A stretch of 62,684 nucleotides of DNA, filler included. It is 4 parts of 4 records of this genome, joined end to end, with 100 filler letters (N's around TTAATTAATTAA, not from the genome) between each part and the next. Parts side by side here need not be neighbours in the genome. Positions count along the whole stretch, not along the records: positions 54,990 to 62,684 come from SRR22947727_847; 3 more parts are not named here. One strand, given 5' to 3'. The first letter of the stretch is position 1. The number at the start of each line of letters is the position of its first letter. The position numbers and the translations under genes are program-made. This document shows positions 58,354-62,684 of this stretch, one piece after another. The notes beneath the pieces are model-generated. The model saw only the letters and a program-made list of their open reading frames with translations. It ran no database searches and had not been told where the DNA came from.

Positions 58354-59772
58354 TTATGACTGGCGGTCTTTGGCTAAGAGATCAAACTTGCGCAGTTTTA
58401 CGTAGAGGCTTTGCCGCGATAATCCCAACATTTCAGCCGCGGCTGCGCGGTTGTTTTGAGTCAGCTCTATCGCTGTTTCAATACAGATTTTTTCGATCAT
58501 ATCGGTTGTTTCACCCACGATTTCGCGCAGGGTGGACGAGCCTACCAATTCTGCCACATTAGATTGGCTGAAATCCTCAGAGGTGATCGCAGGCGCTGGG
58601 CTTTCTTCGAAACGGTTGGTGTCTCTGATCACAAACGCCATCGTTTCGCGCGCGTCACTTGGTAATCTTACCACCGACACTTCAACGCCAAGCTTGCTGC
58701 CAACCGCATTTTGCAACTTGGTGGCGTAAACGCGTACTTGGCCAGACCGCGTGACATTTTCGAGCATAACAGCCAGATCAATTTGACCGCGGGCCAAAAA
58801 TTCGCTCAGGCTGCGGCCTTTGATATCACCCAGATTGGCGGTGTTTATCAAATCAAGAAAGCCTTCATTGGCCGCTTCGATAAATCCATTTGCCGAGGTG
58901 AATACGATGCCATCGGTTCCCAGGTTATAAAGCGATAAAAGATTCTGAGTTGTTATATCATCCTTTAAAGACGTGTCATTTTCGCTGATCAGGCGGCAAA
59001 TCAAAAGCCGCTCGCCCGAGGCCCGGAACAACGAGGCTTTAATTTTGAAACGCCGGCCCAGCTTCACATCTTCGACGGTCATATCAGAATTTTGATCTTT
59101 TGATGAAATGGCCAGCAGGGCGTCTTGGAATTCACCGCGGCGGCGGTTCTTGAACAATTGCGAGAAAACGCTGCCTTCCAGATCATTGGTGTTTTGGCCG
59201 AATAAGTTAATCGCGGCTGCGTTTATATCCTTGATCCGCCCATCATTTGCAGAAACAAACACCACTGGTTCTTGCATCGTCGCCAACAGCATGCGGTAGC
59301 GGGCATCGAAATCGCGGCGTTCTTCATATCCGCGCTCGATCGCCAATTGGGCCTTAACCAATTGCTGTTGCGTCTCTGCGGTAGAACTAAGGTCGCGGCC
59401 AAGCATAAGCAGTGTATCGGCATCTCCTAGCCGGTGAATGCTGTAGGAAACGGGAAATTGCCAAATTGCGTTGTCGCGATGGTTAAGCTCGACAGGATGC
59501 AAAACATTCTGCCCGCTCGCGAATTGGGCAAAAACGGCTTCAAGTTTCGGAATGCTTTCAGTGGTAAGGAAATCGTGGATTTTTCGCTGTTCCCAATGCG
59601 ACAGATTTCCCAAGCTTCGATCATTGTCATTGACAAGCACCGACAATACTTTGCCTTTAAGGGTTACCACCAAAGCAATATCCGAGGCAGCGGCTAAAAT
59701 ACTGCCCAGATATTCCGGCTCGATCATTGGAATAGAGCCAAAATCCCAGAGTTTTGTGCCGCTATTTTTCAT
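58354..59772 (-). CDS. ppsR: Transcriptional regulator PpsR/CrtJ
   Basis: Three PAS-like domains with a Q-linker; IEKICIETA..NRAAAAEMLGLSRQSLYVKLRK HTH. Confidence 0.95.
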   Translation of the reverse strand: MKNSGTKLWDFGSIPMIEPEYLGSILAAASDIALVVTLKGKVLSVLVNDNDRSLGNLSHWEQRKIHDFLTTESIPKLEAVFAQFASGQNVLHPVELNHRDNAIWQFPVSYSIHRLGDADTLLMLGRDLSSTAETQQQLVKAQLAIERGYEERRDFDARYRMLLATMQEPVVFVSANDGRIKDINAAAINLFGQNTNDLEGSVFSQLFKNRRRGEFQDALLAISSKDQNSDMTVEDVKLGRRFKIKASLFRASGERLLICRLISENDTSLKDDITTQNLLSLYNLGTDGIVFTSANGFIEAANEGFLDLINTANLGDIKGRSLSEFLARGQIDLAVMLENVTRSGQVRVYATKLQNAVGSKLGVEVSVVRLPSDARETMAFVIRDTNRFEESPAPAITSEDFSQSNVAELVGSSTLREIVGETTDMIEKICIETAIELTQNNRAAAAEMLGLSRQSLYVKLRKFDLLAKDRQS

Positions 59773-60551
59773 CTGGACACCGTAGCTTTTCCGGCATTTA
59801 CGACTTGCTCGCTTTCGAGCTGTTCCAACGCATCTGTTAAACCTGAAGCAATCACATCTACCGCCACTAACTTTTCAATTTCGGGCGCTTGGCCCAAAAC
59901 GGCTCCGCCCAGTAATAATATGGGTGGATCGCTTATCTCTTGGCGAAGTGATTTAACAACTTTCGCCACATTATCAAGGGAGACGACGCTTGAACACGAA
60001 AACATCACCATGTCGAAAAAGCCAGTTTCGATATTATCATGCACGTCTTTCTCGGTTGCGCCGAGCAGCAGCTTGACCGAATACCCAAGCCGCCGTAGCT
60101 GATCGCTCAGTATCAGGGGGCCCAATATATGATCTTCATCGCCACAAATTGCCACCAAAACGCTTTGTTGGTCATGGATAACGGGGGTAAATTTCCACTG
60201 TGCGCTCAGCTCTTGCACCAACCCTTGCAGACGGACTGTGCCCAGCGAAACCTGACCAAAGCTGCGCGTGTTGTCATCCCAGCCCGCTCCCAGCGTACGG
60301 GCAGCCTCTGGGATACATACATCGATTAATAATTCGTTTGATACACCTTTTTGCATCAAAGCTTTTAGCACCGCCTCATGCGAATAAGATCCAGGAGTGC
60401 TGCAAGTAACCGCCAGCCAATGCGCGGTTTTCTGGATTTGCTCACGCGCTTCGGCGGGGGCTCTTTGTCCGAGTTCGCGCAAAACGCGTTGCGCCAAATT
60501 AGACACCAGAGCGGATCCTTTTCTTGATCCTGCCTTTTCATGTTTGGACAT
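59769..60551 (-). CDS. ppaA: Cobalamin-binding antirepressor PpaA/AerR
   Basis: IPEAARTLGAGW; EDHILG B12-binding motif; LLGG; overlaps the ppsR start. Confidence 0.88.
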   Translation of the reverse strand: MSKHEKAGSRKGSALVSNLAQRVLRELGQRAPAEAREQIQKTAHWLAVTCSTPGSYSHEAVLKALMQKGVSNELLIDVCIPEAARTLGAGWDDNTRSFGQVSLGTVRLQGLVQELSAQWKFTPVIHDQQSVLVAICGDEDHILGPLILSDQLRRLGYSVKLLLGATEKDVHDNIETGFFDMVMFSCSSVVSLDNVAKVVKSLRQEISDPPILLLGGAVLGQAPEIEKLVAVDVIASGLTDALEQLESEQVVNAGKATVSR

Positions 60552-60812
60552 TTTCGTACCCCCCAGCGCCGCATTTATGGCAGCAAAGGTTTGCTCACTG
60601 CATGCGACACATTGCTAGTTTTTTCTAAAACGAAGCAAATGTCAAAGAAAATGGACGTTTGGGATCAACTTGGAAGATGAACACCAGCCGGCTTCACCGG
60701 TGTTATGCAGTTTTTGGCTATGTTTATTGGATGTTTGGCGGCATGTAGGCTTGTGCGTGAATTATATCATTATTACGAACTGTAATAAATATTTGTCACC
60801 CAGCCCTTAACC

Positions 60813-60830
60813 TGTAAGTTTTAATTGACA
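60813..60830. promoter_or_regulatory. PpsR palindrome upstream of bchF
   Basis: TGTaagttttaattgACA; imperfect sites at 60781-60798 and 60640-60657. Confidence 0.8.
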
Positions 60831-60884
60831 CTTTTCACAATAAGAAAGTAACTTAGTGGGGAGAGAGCCTATAAGGAGATCCAA

Positions 60885-62684
<1,800 letters not shown>

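Overview
The window is not one locus. It is four unrelated contigs joined by 100-nt spacers (N44-TTAATTAATTAA-N44 at 21293-21392, 29704-29803, 54890-54989). (1) 1-21292 looks like a Verrucomicrobia/PVC genome: partial tRNA-Glu, Ca/Na antiporter, two sulfatases, DUF1549/DUF1553 cytochrome-c protein plus DUF1501, peroxiredoxin, AraC regulator, group III truncated globin, M42 peptidase and a partial ASPIC/UnbV protein. It also carries a multiply disrupted kinase-like/Sel1 gene, a remnant of a voltage-gated cation channel, a small-protein/nucleotidyltransferase pair and a dispersed 43-bp palindrome family. (2) 21393-29703 is AT-rich and Flavobacteriaceae-like: two unlisted small membrane ORFs, addB-like, kbl, addA-like and a partial sod. 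(3) 29804-54889 is Rhodobacteraceae (Roseobacter-like) taurine/sulfite catabolism: tauE, tauR, tpa, tauABC, then xsc, pta, soeA, a hydrolase and soeB. About 10 kb of other genes split the cluster (GcvT-family oxidoreductase, MttB-like methyltransferase, FadN-like enzyme, hydrolase, MetY-like enzyme, GGDEF-EAL). (4) 54990-62684 is part of an anoxygenic photosynthesis gene cluster: bchP, pucC-like, bchG, ppsR, ppaA/aerR, bchF, bchN, bchB start. The best leads are an adhesin-type Ig-like domain inside TauC, a hydrolase translationally coupled inside soeAB, the disrupted pseudokinase-Sel1 gene with a dnaX-like frameshift signal, and the TLED*TD channel remnant. All calls come from reading motifs by eye; no database searches were run.
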